Positions 30,353 to 40,264 are shown, counted from the first letter of the stretch. The stretch: 64,000 nucleotides of DNA from Candidatus Omnitrophota bacterium (GCA_024231025.1 JAAEQW010000006.1:236-64235), one strand, 5' to 3'. Translations and numbers: made by a program. The notes: generated by a model not told the origin, from the letters alone.

Positions 30353-31440
30353 AAATTATTAGAAATTACATTTTGAAAGATTTTTTCTCGGCGTTTATCT
30401 TCTCGCTTTTATCCTTAAGCATGGTAATGCTTTTAGGAAACCTAATGAAGATTTCCGATTTGGTAATACGCAAAGGGGTAAACATTTTTGATGCTCTCAA
30501 AATCTTCTCCTTCTTTCTGCCATACCTTCTGGGTTTTACTCTTCCATTATCTTTTTTAATGGGTGTTCTTTTAACGATGGGCCGCCTTGTTACCGACAAC
30601 GAAATCGTCGCAATCAATGTTGCCGGCATATCACTTTTAAAAATACTTCGTATTTTTCTGATGCTAGGAGTCATTTTCTCGCTGTTCCTTTTTATTCTTA
30701 ATGACCGCCTGATCCCAGATTTTCACTATCGCTATCGTAAACAAATGAAAAATATATACTCAAAAAACATAACCGCCATTATTGAACCAAGAGTGTTTTT
30801 AGAGGGCTTCGGGGACTTCATTATTTACGTATCCGATCGTGAGGGTAATAAACTAAAAAATATATTCATCTGGGAAACCAGCAAAAAGAAGGGTACCAGC
30901 AAGGTTACCTTTGCAAAACGGGCAGAATTTGTTAGTGAAGGCGATATTCTAAAAATGAAACTGGAAGAAGGATTTCGCGACGAGACTAGCCCTTCAGGCG
31001 GCAAAGAACTTTACCGCTTAAGCTTTAAAATATTCTTTATGGACATACCTATTGAACAAAAGAAAAACATAAAAGTCGAAAAAAAAGCATCTGATATGCG
31101 CCTGGGCGAACTGCGATCAAGATCAAAAGAATTAGAAGGAAAAGGAGTTGACGCAATAAAACTATCCGCTGAATTCCACAAACGAATCAGCTTCTCGTTT
31201 TCTATCATGGTATTCATCCTTCTGGGATTTGGCGTATCGCTGGTAGTAAAACATCGAGAAAAATCAATAAATTTTGGAATCGCCTTCCTAGCTGCCGGCG
31301 TTTACTATCTCTTATTCATTTTTGGAGAAACTATGGTTGAGTATCAAAAAATCACTCCACTCTTAGGCATGTGGCTGCCAAATATAATAATGGGTCTAAT
31401 CGGAAGTGTTTTGGTTTTAAGAAATGCGCATTTTAAGTAG
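30349..31440 (+). CDS. LptF/LptG-family LPS export permease
   Basis: It shows YjgP/YjgQ topology with a large periplasmic loop, and it is adjacent to a paralogous permease. Confidence 0.7.
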   Translation: MKIIRNYILKDFFSAFIFSLLSLSMVMLLGNLMKISDLVIRKGVNIFDALKIFSFFLPYLLGFTLPLSFLMGVLLTMGRLVTDNEIVAINVAGISLLKILRIFLMLGVIFSLFLFILNDRLIPDFHYRYRKQMKNIYSKNITAIIEPRVFLEGFGDFIIYVSDREGNKLKNIFIWETSKKKGTSKVTFAKRAEFVSEGDILKMKLEEGFRDETSPSGGKELYRLSFKIFFMDIPIEQKKNIKVEKKASDMRLGELRSRSKELEGKGVDAIKLSAEFHKRISFSFSIMVFILLGFGVSLVVKHREKSINFGIAFLAAGVYYLLFIFGETMVEYQKITPLLGMWLPNIIMGLIGSVLVLRNAHFK

Positions 31441-32512
31441 GTATATCACAAAAAATGTTATCTCGGGATATCTCTTTATTCTGTTTGTTTTTATAGGGTT
31501 GTATTTTGTTATTGACATCTTCACAACGCTTTCTGACATATTAAAAACAAAACCACCGCTTATGATAGTAGTAAATTACTATCTGTACATGTTGCCACTG
31601 ATTTTTTTAAGAGTGGCCCCTTTCTCTCTTTTGATCAGTACTCTATACACTTTTGGTGAGCTAAACAAAAATAATGAAATAATAAGCATGCGGGCATCCG
31701 GCATTAGCATCATCAAAATATGTTTTCCTGTGATATTTTTTGCTTTGCTTGCCTCGTTTGTGACTTTATACGTACAAGAAAAAACATTAGCTCCTTCACA
31801 AAAAAAAGTAGAAGACATAAAGCTTAGATATATTAAAAACGATAAAAGCTCTATCGGTGAAGAAAAAAACTTTGCTTTTCCTTCAAAAAATACAATATTT
31901 TTCGCAAGGAAATTTATTCCAAAAGAAGGAATCCTGGAAGATGTAACAATGTTTGACGAAGATAAAAACGGCAACATCACTAAAAAGTCGATCGCAAAAA
32001 AACTGTCTTATAGCGATGGCACCTGGGAAGGTAGCGATATAATTGAATACAGTCTTGACTCTAAGGGTAATATTGTTGGCAAGCCATCTCACTGGTTAAA
32101 ACGTGAGATGCCGTTAGAGGATTCCCCTCATGAGATTATTGCCAAACAAAATGTTTTTTCTCAATTCGCTTCTTTAAAAAACCTTAAAAAAGAAATTACT
32201 AGATTAAAAAGAATAGGCGCAAGCAGCCTTCTAAATAATTTAGTCATCGATTACCATCGTAAAATAGCCGATGCCTTTTCTCATCTCTTTCTTATAATCT
32301 GCATCCTACCATTCGCGTTAGAAATTAAAAAGCGAAAAGTTGCCCTATCGTCCCTTGGAACGGGCTTTATTTTTGGATTCATCTACTATCTGTTTACCTC
32401 TTTTAGCATTGCCTTAGGTAAAAGTTCGGTAATTTTGCCAATATTCAGCGCATGGCTCGCCCCTTTGTTTTTCTTAACTGTTGGGATTACTGGGTTATTT
32501 TTGGTTAAGTAA
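31424..32512 (+). CDS. LptF/LptG-family LPS export permease (second paralog)
   Basis: It shows YjgP/YjgQ-like topology. It overlaps the first permease gene, suggesting a coupled pair. Confidence 0.7.
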   Translation: MRILSRYITKNVISGYLFILFVFIGLYFVIDIFTTLSDILKTKPPLMIVVNYYLYMLPLIFLRVAPFSLLISTLYTFGELNKNNEIISMRASGISIIKICFPVIFFALLASFVTLYVQEKTLAPSQKKVEDIKLRYIKNDKSSIGEEKNFAFPSKNTIFFARKFIPKEGILEDVTMFDEDKNGNITKKSIAKKLSYSDGTWEGSDIIEYSLDSKGNIVGKPSHWLKREMPLEDSPHEIIAKQNVFSQFASLKNLKKEITRLKRIGASSLLNNLVIDYHRKIADAFSHLFLIICILPFALEIKKRKVALSSLGTGFIFGFIYYLFTSFSIALGKSSVILPIFSAWLAPLFFLTVGITGLFLVK

Positions 32513-32513
32513 T

Positions 32514-32990
32514 TTAACCTCTTCTGCGGTGGTTTTTCAGTTGGCGCTGAACCTCTCGGTTGGTTATATCTTCTTTGATTTTTTTACGCTTATCGTAAGT
32601 ATGCATACCCTTCGCTAATCCAACTTCAATTTTCACTAGACCATTATCATTAAAATACACCTTCATTGGAACAAGCGTAAAACCTTTTTGTGCGGTAAGT
32701 CCTAATAATTTTTTAAGCTCTCTTTTATGCAAAAGAAGTCTTCTGACTCTTTTAGGTTCGGTTTTAAGATATGAGCTTTTCTCAAATTCTGGAATATGCA
32801 TGCTATAAACAAAAGCCTGACTGCGCTCTATCCGTACAAAACTATCGGTAATTGAACAACTTCGGCTACGTAATGACTTTACTTCATTACCTTTTAACTC
32901 AACGCCTGCTTCAAAAGTCTCAACTACCTGATAGTTACGGCGTGCCTTTCTGTTTGTTGCTATTATTTTCATGCCTAAATTATAGCACAC
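32514..32990 (-). CDS. smpB: SsrA-binding protein
   Basis: IATNRKARRNYQVVETFEAGVELKGNEVKSLR is the SmpB signature. Confidence 0.9.
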   Translation of the reverse strand: MCYNLGMKIIATNRKARRNYQVVETFEAGVELKGNEVKSLRSRSCSITDSFVRIERSQAFVYSMHIPEFEKSSYLKTEPKRVRRLLLHKRELKKLLGLTAQKGFTLVPMKVYFNDNGLVKIEVGLAKGMHTYDKRKKIKEDITNREVQRQLKNHRRRG

Positions 32991-33019
32991 CCACCTTCCT
33001 TCGAATAGGTATTAGATAA

Positions 33020-33046
33020 CCCACCTACATCGGTGGGTTTTAATAA
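33020..33046 (+). terminator. Hairpin with T-run (CCCACC-tacatc-GGTGGG-TTTT) between smpB and tRNA-Leu
   Basis: A perfect 6-bp GC stem is followed by TTTT. Strand assignment and function are uncertain. Confidence 0.3.
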
Positions 33047-33092
33047 AAATATTGCCTGAAAACTCTTATTTGATATAATTATGACTTGTTAC

Positions 33093-33176
33093 GCCGAAGT
33101 GGTGGAACTGGCAGACACGCAGCGTTCAGGGCGCTGTAAGTGCAAACTTGTGAGAGTTCGAATCTCTCCTTCGGCA
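33093..33176 (+). tRNA. tRNA-Leu(CAG), 84 nt, no encoded CCA
   Basis: The acceptor stem is GCCGAAG/CTTCGGC, the anticodon stem CAGCG/CGCTG with loop TTCAGGG, and the T-arm GAGAG-TTCGAAT-CTCTC. A long variable arm is present. Confidence 0.85.
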
Positions 33177-33273
33177 TGTTCTAATATTCCAGGAGTTTTT
33201 GAACATTGGAACATTGGAACATTAGACCGTCCCGACATAATGTCGGGACTCTGCGAAAGCTTTGCTTTCGCTC

Positions 33274-33368
33274 GGAGAGGTGCCTGAGCCCGGTTTAAAG
33301 GGTCCGATTCGAAATCGGATGTTCGCCCATAAAGCGAACCCAGGGTTCGAATCCCTGCTTCTCCGCCA
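33274..33368 (+). tRNA. tRNA-Ser(CGA), 95 nt with encoded CCA
   Basis: The acceptor stem is GGAGAGG/CTTCTCC, the anticodon stem TCCGA/TCGGA with loop TTCGAAA. A long variable arm GTTCGC...GCGAAC is present, and the T-arm is CAGGG-TTCGAAT-CCCTG. Confidence 0.85.
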
Positions 33369-33456
33369 TATTGGTATATTCCGGTCACATCCTTTACGCA
33401 ATATTCCGAGCACATAGTTTACACAATATGGCATATTAACTTTCCCAAAGGATTAA

Positions 33457-33684
33457 AACATATCAAATAACCAAATAGGTCAGAAAATTAAAGGGCTGCG
33501 CATTAAAGCAAAATTAACTCAAAAAGATTTTGCTTGTAAAGCCGATGTAAAATATACAGCCCTGACAAAAATCGAAAGCGGAATTATAAAAAGCCCTTTT
33601 GTGCAAGTAATAGTCAAGATTGCCAAAGCCTTGAATGCTTCTATAGAAAAATTTACTGTCTTCTTGAAACCGCTTACAAAATAG
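33457..33684 (+). CDS. Small XRE/Cro-type helix-turn-helix protein (~70 aa), open frame lacking a canonical start codon
   Basis: The in-frame translation IGQKIKGLRIKAKLTQKDFACKADVKYTALTKIESGIIKSPFVQVIVKIAKALNASIEKF matches the HTH_XRE pattern. No ATG, GTG or TTG precedes the domain, so it is either ATA/ATT-initiated or a pseudogene. It ends inside the palindrome upstream of P1. Confidence 0.4.
   Translation, partial: NISNNQIGQKIKGLRIKAKLTQKDFACKADVKYTALTKIESGIIKSPFVQVIVKIAKALNASIEKFTVFLKPLTK
33664..33681 (+). promoter_or_regulatory. Imperfect copy of the family palindrome (TTGaAA-ccgc-TTACAAAA) about 90 nt upstream of P1
   Basis: It differs by one base from the TTGTAA-N4-TTACAA sites upstream of P2 to P4, in the same gene-relative orientation. 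A separate TTGAAT-N18-TATATT promoter-like pair lies closer to the start. Confidence 0.45.
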
Positions 33685-33762
33685 TACGAATAATCCCCTG
33701 ATTTGCTTGAATTTTTACCTTCTGAAATGGTATATTTTAGTGAATAGGGTAGTGATTAATTT

Positions 33763-36700
33763 ATGAGTCAAAACCGAAATTTACTATTTAAAAAAGCTTC
33801 TATATCTTTCAGGGCAATCGGCACATTTGTTGCAATAGCCTTTGTTGGTAGTATCTTTCTATCTAATTTACCAAAACAACAAAGTATACCTGAAGCTTCT
33901 ACTGTTTATAATCTACCCTCGCCTACTGAAATATTACCTTTGTCAAAAGAGTATTCTTATCCATTACTGAAAGGGATCCGCTTTGATCCCAAAAACCCTT
34001 TAAATCTTGAATTTATTATCGATACCACCAATGAAAGTGATGTTGGCGAAGAAGAAGCTTCTCGTCTTGTAAAGTATTTTTTAGCTGGATTGACCCTTCC
34101 TGAAAAGGACTTGTGGGTTAATTTATCACCTTACGAGAAGACAAGAGTTGCTTCAGACAACTTGGCATTAACAGATTTAGGAAAAGATATGTTAAATCAG
34201 GATTATGTTCTAAAGCAACTTCTTTCTTCTCTCACTTATCCCGAAAGTAAAGTAGGCAGAGATTATTGGCAAAAAACTTACCAAGAAATAGCTAAAACTA
34301 TCGGTACAACCAATATCCCAATTAACACTTTCAATAAAGTCTGGATTGTGCCTAATAAATGTGTTCTTTATGAAAGCGGTAATGCAGCGTTTGTGAAAGA
34401 GGCAAGCATGAAGGCGTTGATAGAGCAAGATTACACTGCTTTGCAAGGTAACCAGCCATCAGGCAATAGACAACAGGTTGTAGACCAAAACAAAGTGGAA
34501 AAGATTATATCGCGGATAATGAAAGAGACAGTTTTGCCAAAAGTGCAAGACGATATTAATCATGGAGAGAATTTTGCAACTTTAAGACAAATATACCACT
34601 CTATGGTTTTGGCAATATGGTTTAAGCAGAAGTTTAAACAGTCGTTTTACAAGTATTACATTAATCAAGAGAAGGTTGGTGGAATCGATTTAGAAGATAA
34701 AGATGTTAAAGAAAAAATTTATAATCTTTATGTTGAAGCCTATAAAAAAGGCGTGTATGACTACATTAAAAAAGATTATGACGTCTCTGGAAGGAAATAT
34801 TTAAATCGAAGATATTATTCCGGCGGCATTAATGTGCCGACACAGGAAACGGTTGATGTGATAAGAATTGGTGAACTAGAAAAGAAGGTCTTAGAGCTCG
34901 AGCAACAAGGCGAGTATAAAAAGGTAAAGACTTTATGCGCGGTTTATAGTGAAACTCAACATCAAAAAGATGATACGTTAATAGATAAAGCCTATAAGGC
35001 TGGGAATTTCCGGAGAGTCGATGATGACGTAATTGATGAAGTAAGCGTATTATTTCGAGAATTAGGCGAAAATGGCGAACTTATAGCCCAGAAGCTAGAT
35101 GATCTTAGAAAGCAAGGGGGAATAAATCTTGTATTGGGTATTCCTCATTCCCATGCAGGCGGTAAAGGTATTCATATACAAGTTGGTGATTTACACAAAG
35201 TTAACAAAAATTACGTACGAGATAAGTTAATCCATGAAGCAATAGCCGGCACAATTTTTGGCCATTCAGGTAAAGTGCATAATTTGGCGATAGGTGTGGT
35301 AGAAGCACTAAATAGGGATACAGCAGAAGCAAGAAGGGTTTTAAATGAACTCGAAGGATTTTCTTTTGCTGAAGATGGTAAAGTCTTATGGGAAATGACG
35401 CAAGCCGAACGTGATGGGTTAGTTAGAGATTATGCAAACGCGGCACATAAATTAGAGAATCTAACTTTGTCTTTAGAAGAAGTAGAGAAAGTAGACGCTC
35501 TTTTTGATGAAAAAATCAAAAAGGGGCTGGAGAAGATATATTCAAACATCAAAAGAGGTGTGTCTTTTCGGCAAGTACTGGAACATTTCGCCTCCGAAGA
35601 TACTCCTATTGGAGAGGAAAGGCTAGTTCATAGCACAGATGAGATTGTTCTGGATATGTTGCGGGATGATTCATTGTATCCTGAAGGAATTGAAGTTCGG
35701 TTTTTACGGATACGTGAGACTAACGATTGGATATTAATAAAATGCAGAGAAACTGAACTATATCGACGTGGGATCTCTGATGTCCCGGGGTCGATGCAAC
35801 CTCTCTTTATGCCGTATAAGGAGAATCAAGCTGCAATGCATTATTACTTCGATATCGATATTCATAGCCATAACGACGACCAACCACTCCCAAATATCCG
35901 TGATCTTTGGGAGTGCTATTCGAGAAGTTCGGGGCAGCAATCACTGTTTTTGATCAAAGGAAGAAAGGGAGTAACCGCAATAAATTTAACCAAGGCGGTT
36001 GGCCGAGTAACTGACGATGATTTCAAAGTGATTTTATGTAATGTAGTGCGAGATTTACAAAACATGCTGACGAAGAGGGAAGATGAAACGATATCTCCTC
36101 ACGAAAAAACACCAAGAATTTTTATCGAAGCTGCGCTGGATCAGTTAGAAAAGCACGAGGACTTATTAACCCGAAAATTTATTCCATGGTCTGATTTTAC
36201 TTTAGATCATTTAAAAAGTCGGTCGTTTCAACTAAGTGATGTTTTGCAATCGCAGGATAGGGGGGAACAGAGACTGGCGGCAATTGCAGTTCTTCGGGTT
36301 TTATCAACGCAGGTTAATTATGATTTTAAAGTGGCGATGTTTCGAAAAATAATTGATGTTTCCGACTGGAAGTTTCAATTACAAATTCTCGACGTTCTTT
36401 ACCGTTACTTTGAACCCGGACAAGAAATGAACAATGCTTATGATTTATTTTTGCAGTTGCCATCGCCGATTGTCCAAGCTGTGGCCAGCTTGCAAGGTTC
36501 ATCAAATGCACTTTTTGATCGCCATGGAACAAGAAAGTCTCGAAAAGTTATTGATGACGAAGCAACCGTTATGGCTGATGAGTTTTTGACATATAAGATT
36601 AAAATCATGTTGTCGAATAGCCTAAGTAATAGCTTGACTATTGCGGCCAGTTTGGACGAAGAAGATCTGGCGCAAATCGACAGGGAGCTCTTGCTGCAGT

Positions 36701-37614
36701 ACCTTGATCGACTAACTAAAGCCGGAATAAGCCGAGAAGGAAAGCAAGATGTGTTGGTTCTTTGCGCAAGGCACCTTAGAGAAGAGTGGGGTTTAGGCGA
36801 TACAGAAGATAAGGAATTAAGTGACCCGAAAGTATCACAGCGAGAGAACCACGATAATAAACTTGAGCACATATATAAACAGAATCCCAATAATGTAACC
36901 GCGGTGCTTCCGTGGACTACAAAGGAAGTGGTTGAGCTATTTCGCAAAATAGATGATGACGGGCAGTGCCCGTTGGCGAGCAAGCTTGCTGATAAAATAG
37001 AGTTGTTACTGGGAAGTCGAGATCCATTGAGATCTCAAGGCAGGTATTTTAGTAGAGACGGAAAAAAGATCATTAGAAGCCGGATCAACATTGTCCGCGG
37101 CATTGACCGCTCTCATGCTGGGGGAATGGGGATAAATATTATGGCTCGAGAAATTAGGCCGATAGACGAGGATGAAAAATATATTAAGGGAACTATTATT
37201 CACGAAGCAGTCGCGGGTACAATTTTTGGCGATTCTGAAAAAGTGCATAATTTAGGACTGGAGTTAGAACGAGCATTAATTAATGGAAGATTTGGTATAG
37301 CAGCTGATTTATTAAATAGCCTCTCTGGTGTTGCCCCGCATCCATCTGGCCGTGCGCTTTGGGAAATGACTCAGGAACAAAGGAATGAATTGGGCAGAGA
37401 CTATGCAAGCCCAAATGATATCGATGATGCTGGATTTGGTGGGTTAGATTTGACTGCTGATTCTTTTGCTATACAAATCGAAGGCGAGAACGAAAATATT
37501 GAATCTGGTGAATCTTTTTACCAGGATTTTGATCGGCTCAGTTTAAAAGATGTATTTATTGAAGATATCTCTTCTTCTGAACTCGCCCAGAGCTTCTTCC
37601 CAAATAATAATTAA
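33763..37614 (+). CDS. P1: 1283-aa signal-anchored envelope protein with a family-specific N-domain and two internal ~110-aa repeats carrying SHAGG and HEAxAGTIFG motifs
   Basis: An N-terminal TM helix is followed by the conserved domain (YNLPSPTEILPLSKEYSYPLLKG...NRRYYSGG). Repeats lie at aa ~455-565 and ~1095-1215. The acidic C-terminus carries GGLDLTADSF. Confidence 0.7.
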   Translation: MSQNRNLLFKKASISFRAIGTFVAIAFVGSIFLSNLPKQQSIPEASTVYNLPSPTEILPLSKEYSYPLLKGIRFDPKNPLNLEFIIDTTNESDVGEEEASRLVKYFLAGLTLPEKDLWVNLSPYEKTRVASDNLALTDLGKDMLNQDYVLKQLLSSLTYPESKVGRDYWQKTYQEIAKTIGTTNIPINTFNKVWIVPNKCVLYESGNAAFVKEASMKALIEQDYTALQGNQPSGNRQQVVDQNKVEKIISRIMKETVLPKVQDDINHGENFATLRQIYHSMVLAIWFKQKFKQSFYKYYINQEKVGGIDLEDKDVKEKIYNLYVEAYKKGVYDYIKKDYDVSGRKYLNRRYYSGGINVPTQETVDVIRIGELEKKVLELEQQGEYKKVKTLCAVYSETQHQKDDTLIDKAYKAGNFRRVDDDVIDEVSVLFRELGENGELIAQKLDDLRKQGGINLVLGIPHSHAGGKGIHIQVGDLHKVNKNYVRDKLIHEAIAGTIFGHSGKVHNLAIGVVEALNRDTAEARRVLNELEGFSFAEDGKVLWEMTQAERDGLVRDYANAAHKLENLTLSLEEVEKVDALFDEKIKKGLEKIYSNIKRGVSFRQVLEHFASEDTPIGEERLVHSTDEIVLDMLRDDSLYPEGIEVRFLRIRETNDWILIKCRETELYRRGISDVPGSMQPLFMPYKENQAAMHYYFDIDIHSHNDDQPLPNIRDLWECYSRSSGQQSLFLIKGRKGVTAINLTKAVGRVTDDDFKVILCNVVRDLQNMLTKREDETISPHEKTPRIFIEAALDQLEKHEDLLTRKFIPWSDFTLDHLKSRSFQLSDVLQSQDRGEQRLAAIAVLRVLSTQVNYDFKVAMFRKIIDVSDWKFQLQILDVLYRYFEPGQEMNNAYDLFLQLPSPIVQAVASLQGSSNALFDRHGTRKSRKVIDDEATVMADEFLTYKIKIMLSNSLSNSLTIAASLDEEDLAQIDRELLLQYLDRLTKAGISREGKQDVLVLCARHLREEWGLGDTEDKELSDPKVSQRENHDNKLEHIYKQNPNNVTAVLPWTTKEVVELFRKIDDDGQCPLASKLADKIELLLGSRDPLRSQGRYFSRDGKKIIRSRINIVRGIDRSHAGGMGINIMAREIRPIDEDEKYIKGTIIHEAVAGTIFGDSEKVHNLGLELERALINGRFGIAADLLNSLSGVAPHPSGRALWEMTQEQRNELGRDYASPNDIDDAGFGGLDLTADSFAIQIEGENENIESGESFYQDFDRLSLKDVFIEDISSSELAQSFFPNNN

Positions 37615-37870
37615 TTTTCTATTTAAGAAACGAGTAACCCACCACGCTACGACCTTACTGCGATGAGACTGCCCTTTTGCCGCTAACTACCAAATTACCA
37701 AAAACTTACCAAGATGGAAATCACTTGTCTTATGAATAATAAAAATATATAATTAAACCACGTTATTCAACAAGGCAACAAAGGAACAGACTCGACCGAG
37801 CAAAAATCCTATTACAAAAAATAAAGGTTCGAACTGCGTCTCCTATACACCGTCGATTTAAAAATAACAA

Positions 37871-38833
37871 ATGAAAAAACACAAATACATTCTCCTAACT
37901 GCGTTATGCGTTCTGATCATCATTGCCATTAAAACGATGGCTCCTTCGTCTATCCGCGATGACACAAATCTAAAAGATACTTTCAACAAAGAAGTAGTAA
38001 TACAAAAAATGATTGAAGCAGAAAAATCCAAAGATCCATCTTTTTACGTATTTACCGTTTTGTCGTTATCCTACCTTCTTTTGATAATCGCAGGAATTAT
38101 AAATTTGTTTGTTTTTTTTGTGAGAAGTTTGCAGAAAAAAAGTTTGATTGCGGCAAAAGAAAAACAAAAAATACTTCCTCTCTCTTACCAGCAGATAAGT
38201 AGAATATTTTTTGATATTTCTTTATTATTTTTAGTTGTTTATACGATAAATTTTGCCTCACGAACTTTAAATTGGGGTACATACATCCATAACGCTATAA
38301 ATTTTAACCTTGCTATAGAAATTGGCATAATCGTAATCATTTTATGGGCAATAAGCCCTTCTTTGCGCTTAAATTTGAAAAAGCCCTATCTTCTTAGCAC
38401 GCTACAACTATATACAGCAACACTACCGCTAATAATACTTACTGCGATACTTCTAAAAGCTATCGGCATAGAATCCCAACCAAACCCTGCTATAAAATTA
38501 TTATTCTCATTAGAAAACAAAACTATCATTTATATCCTGCTGGCTCAAATTACACTGGTTGGACCAATCGCAGAAGAAATATTCTTTAGAGGTTTTATCT
38601 TTAAATTATCAAGAAAAAAATATTCCTTTCTTCTTTCTGCTGCGCTAACATCACTTATATTCGCTTCAATGCACATGATTACCGAACTCATCCTGCCGCT
38701 TTTTATAATCAGTATGGCCATGTGTTATTTATATGAAAAAACGCAAAACATAGTAGCGCCGATTATATTTCATTCAATATTCAACTCTGCGAATATAATT
38801 TTACTTTTATCAATTAAGAATGTTTTGGGCTAG
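37871..38833 (+). CDS. CPBP-family (CAAX) intramembrane metalloprotease
   Basis: The EEIFFRGFIF and FASMHM motifs sit in TM helices. Confidence 0.7.
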   Translation: MKKHKYILLTALCVLIIIAIKTMAPSSIRDDTNLKDTFNKEVVIQKMIEAEKSKDPSFYVFTVLSLSYLLLIIAGIINLFVFFVRSLQKKSLIAAKEKQKILPLSYQQISRIFFDISLLFLVVYTINFASRTLNWGTYIHNAINFNLAIEIGIIVIILWAISPSLRLNLKKPYLLSTLQLYTATLPLIILTAILLKAIGIESQPNPAIKLLFSLENKTIIYILLAQITLVGPIAEEIFFRGFIFKLSRKKYSFLLSAALTSLIFASMHMITELILPLFIISMAMCYLYEKTQNIVAPIIFHSIFNSANIILLLSIKNVLG

Positions 38834-39624
38834 AAATTAAGATAATCGTTCACATCCCATGGAATATTTTGGGCCTCTTTGACTTGTGCTATTCTTTGGG
38901 CGGTGTAAGGATGACTTTTAAAATAGGAGCCGGTTCTTATCTTCTTTTTATCAAGTTCATAAAGCTTCTCTAATGCCTCCAACCCGGCATTTGGATCAAA
39001 TCCAGCAAGCTTCATATATTTAACCGCCAGCTCATCAGCCTTAAGCTCATCTTCGCGCGAATGAGCAGCCATCAACTGAGAAAGGGCAAAAGAAACACCA
39101 CCAGGAAAGTTTGAATCTGAATTACTCATGGCTGAAGCAGCCAACAGCACATTGTACCCTAAGGCTGCCTGCATACGTTTTATGCCGTGGCGACACACAA
39201 CATGGCTAACTTCATGCGCAAGAACAAAAGCTAATGCATCATCACTTAAAAAATCCATGAGCTCTTTAAAAATGTATACATGCCCACCAGGAATGCAAAA
39301 CGCATTTTTTTCATCTTCTTCATTAATAACATAGAAATAATAACTAACCTCTTTACGATCACACACGTCAGCGATTTTACCGCCAATGTCATTAACCCTT
39401 TCAATATCAAATGGGCTTTTTGATATTTCAACCTGTTTAGCAATTGACCGTGACACATTCCCACCAAGAGAAATCTCACTTGCTGTAGAAAACATCATGA
39501 CATCTTGTTTATGGGTGGCAATACTGTATTCTGTAGACAAGCATCCAGAAAAGATTAGACCAAAGACCAAAGACAAAAGACCAAAGACTACACTATAAGC
39601 CATATTTCGTAAACCGAGCATCAT
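38830..39624 (-). CDS. M48-family zinc metallopeptidase, lipoprotein-like
   Basis: The HEVSHVVCRHG HExxH motif is present with a downstream Glu and a signal sequence. Confidence 0.75.
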   Translation of the reverse strand: MMLGLRNMAYSVVFGLLSLVFGLIFSGCLSTEYSIATHKQDVMMFSTASEISLGGNVSRSIAKQVEISKSPFDIERVNDIGGKIADVCDRKEVSYYFYVINEEDEKNAFCIPGGHVYIFKELMDFLSDDALAFVLAHEVSHVVCRHGIKRMQAALGYNVLLAASAMSNSDSNFPGGVSFALSQLMAAHSREDELKADELAVKYMKLAGFDPNAGLEALEKLYELDKKKIRTGSYFKSHPYTAQRIAQVKEAQNIPWDVNDYLNF

Positions 39625-39642
39625 ATCTCCATAATTACTTTT

Positions 39643-40179
39643 TTATTTGTAGAAGTCGCTCTTGGTAAAAAGAGAAACAAGAGGGCATTTTAATTTTTCA
39701 AGATTCTGGGTTGCACCTTCTTCTCGATCGATAACGGTTACCGCCTTAACGATTTTTATCTTTTGCGCTTGTAGTATTTCTATCGATTTTATCAAAGAGG
39801 ATCCACTAGTTGCTACATCATCTATCACAACAACCCTGCTTCCTTTGCGCAATTCTCTTCCTTCGATTAGCTTCTGGCTGCCATGCTTTTTAGGAGTTTT
39901 CCTGATCAGAAAACCCTTCAAATCCTTGCGCGTACGCCGCGCAACCATGCAAACACCACCTATGATAGGATCAGCCCCTAATGTAGGCCCACCTACGGCG
40001 TCGATTTTGTCATTTTTAATTGCTCGCCAAATAAGACTTGAAATCAAATACACCCCTTCTGGAGTAAGGCTAACTCTTCTTACGTCAACATAGTAATTAC
40101 TCATCTTCCCTGAAGAAAGTTTTATTCTCTTCTTGAAAAATGCATCCTTTTTAAGTATTTTCAATAACTCTTTCTTCAC
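39643..40179 (-). CDS. pyrE: Orotate phosphoribosyltransferase
   Basis: The PRPP-binding motif VVVIDDVATSGSS is present and the size (~178 aa) fits. Confidence 0.8.
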   Translation of the reverse strand: MKKELLKILKKDAFFKKRIKLSSGKMSNYYVDVRRVSLTPEGVYLISSLIWRAIKNDKIDAVGGPTLGADPIIGGVCMVARRTRKDLKGFLIRKTPKKHGSQKLIEGRELRKGSRVVVIDDVATSGSSLIKSIEILQAQKIKIVKAVTVIDREEGATQNLEKLKCPLVSLFTKSDFYK

Positions 40180-40264
40180 CCTACTCGACCTCCTTTTTAC
40201 CTTTACCTGTTAAATTCATAAATCTAACAAGAGCACCATTAAATTAATCGTGGTCAAGATAATC

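Noticed and set aside
33081-33434. ORFs 33081-33287 (+), 33089-33415 (-) and 33222-33434 (-)
   Set aside because: They overlay tRNA-Leu(CAG) and tRNA-Ser(CGA). The tRNA cloverleafs are unambiguous, so these are spurious ORFs.
37820-37850. tRNA-like GGTTCGAA T-loop motif (aaaggttcgaactgcgtctcc) upstream of the CAAX protease gene, considered as a possible att or tRNA remnant
   Set aside because: No complementary T-stem or acceptor stem can be drawn. It is a single 8-mer match and most likely coincidental.
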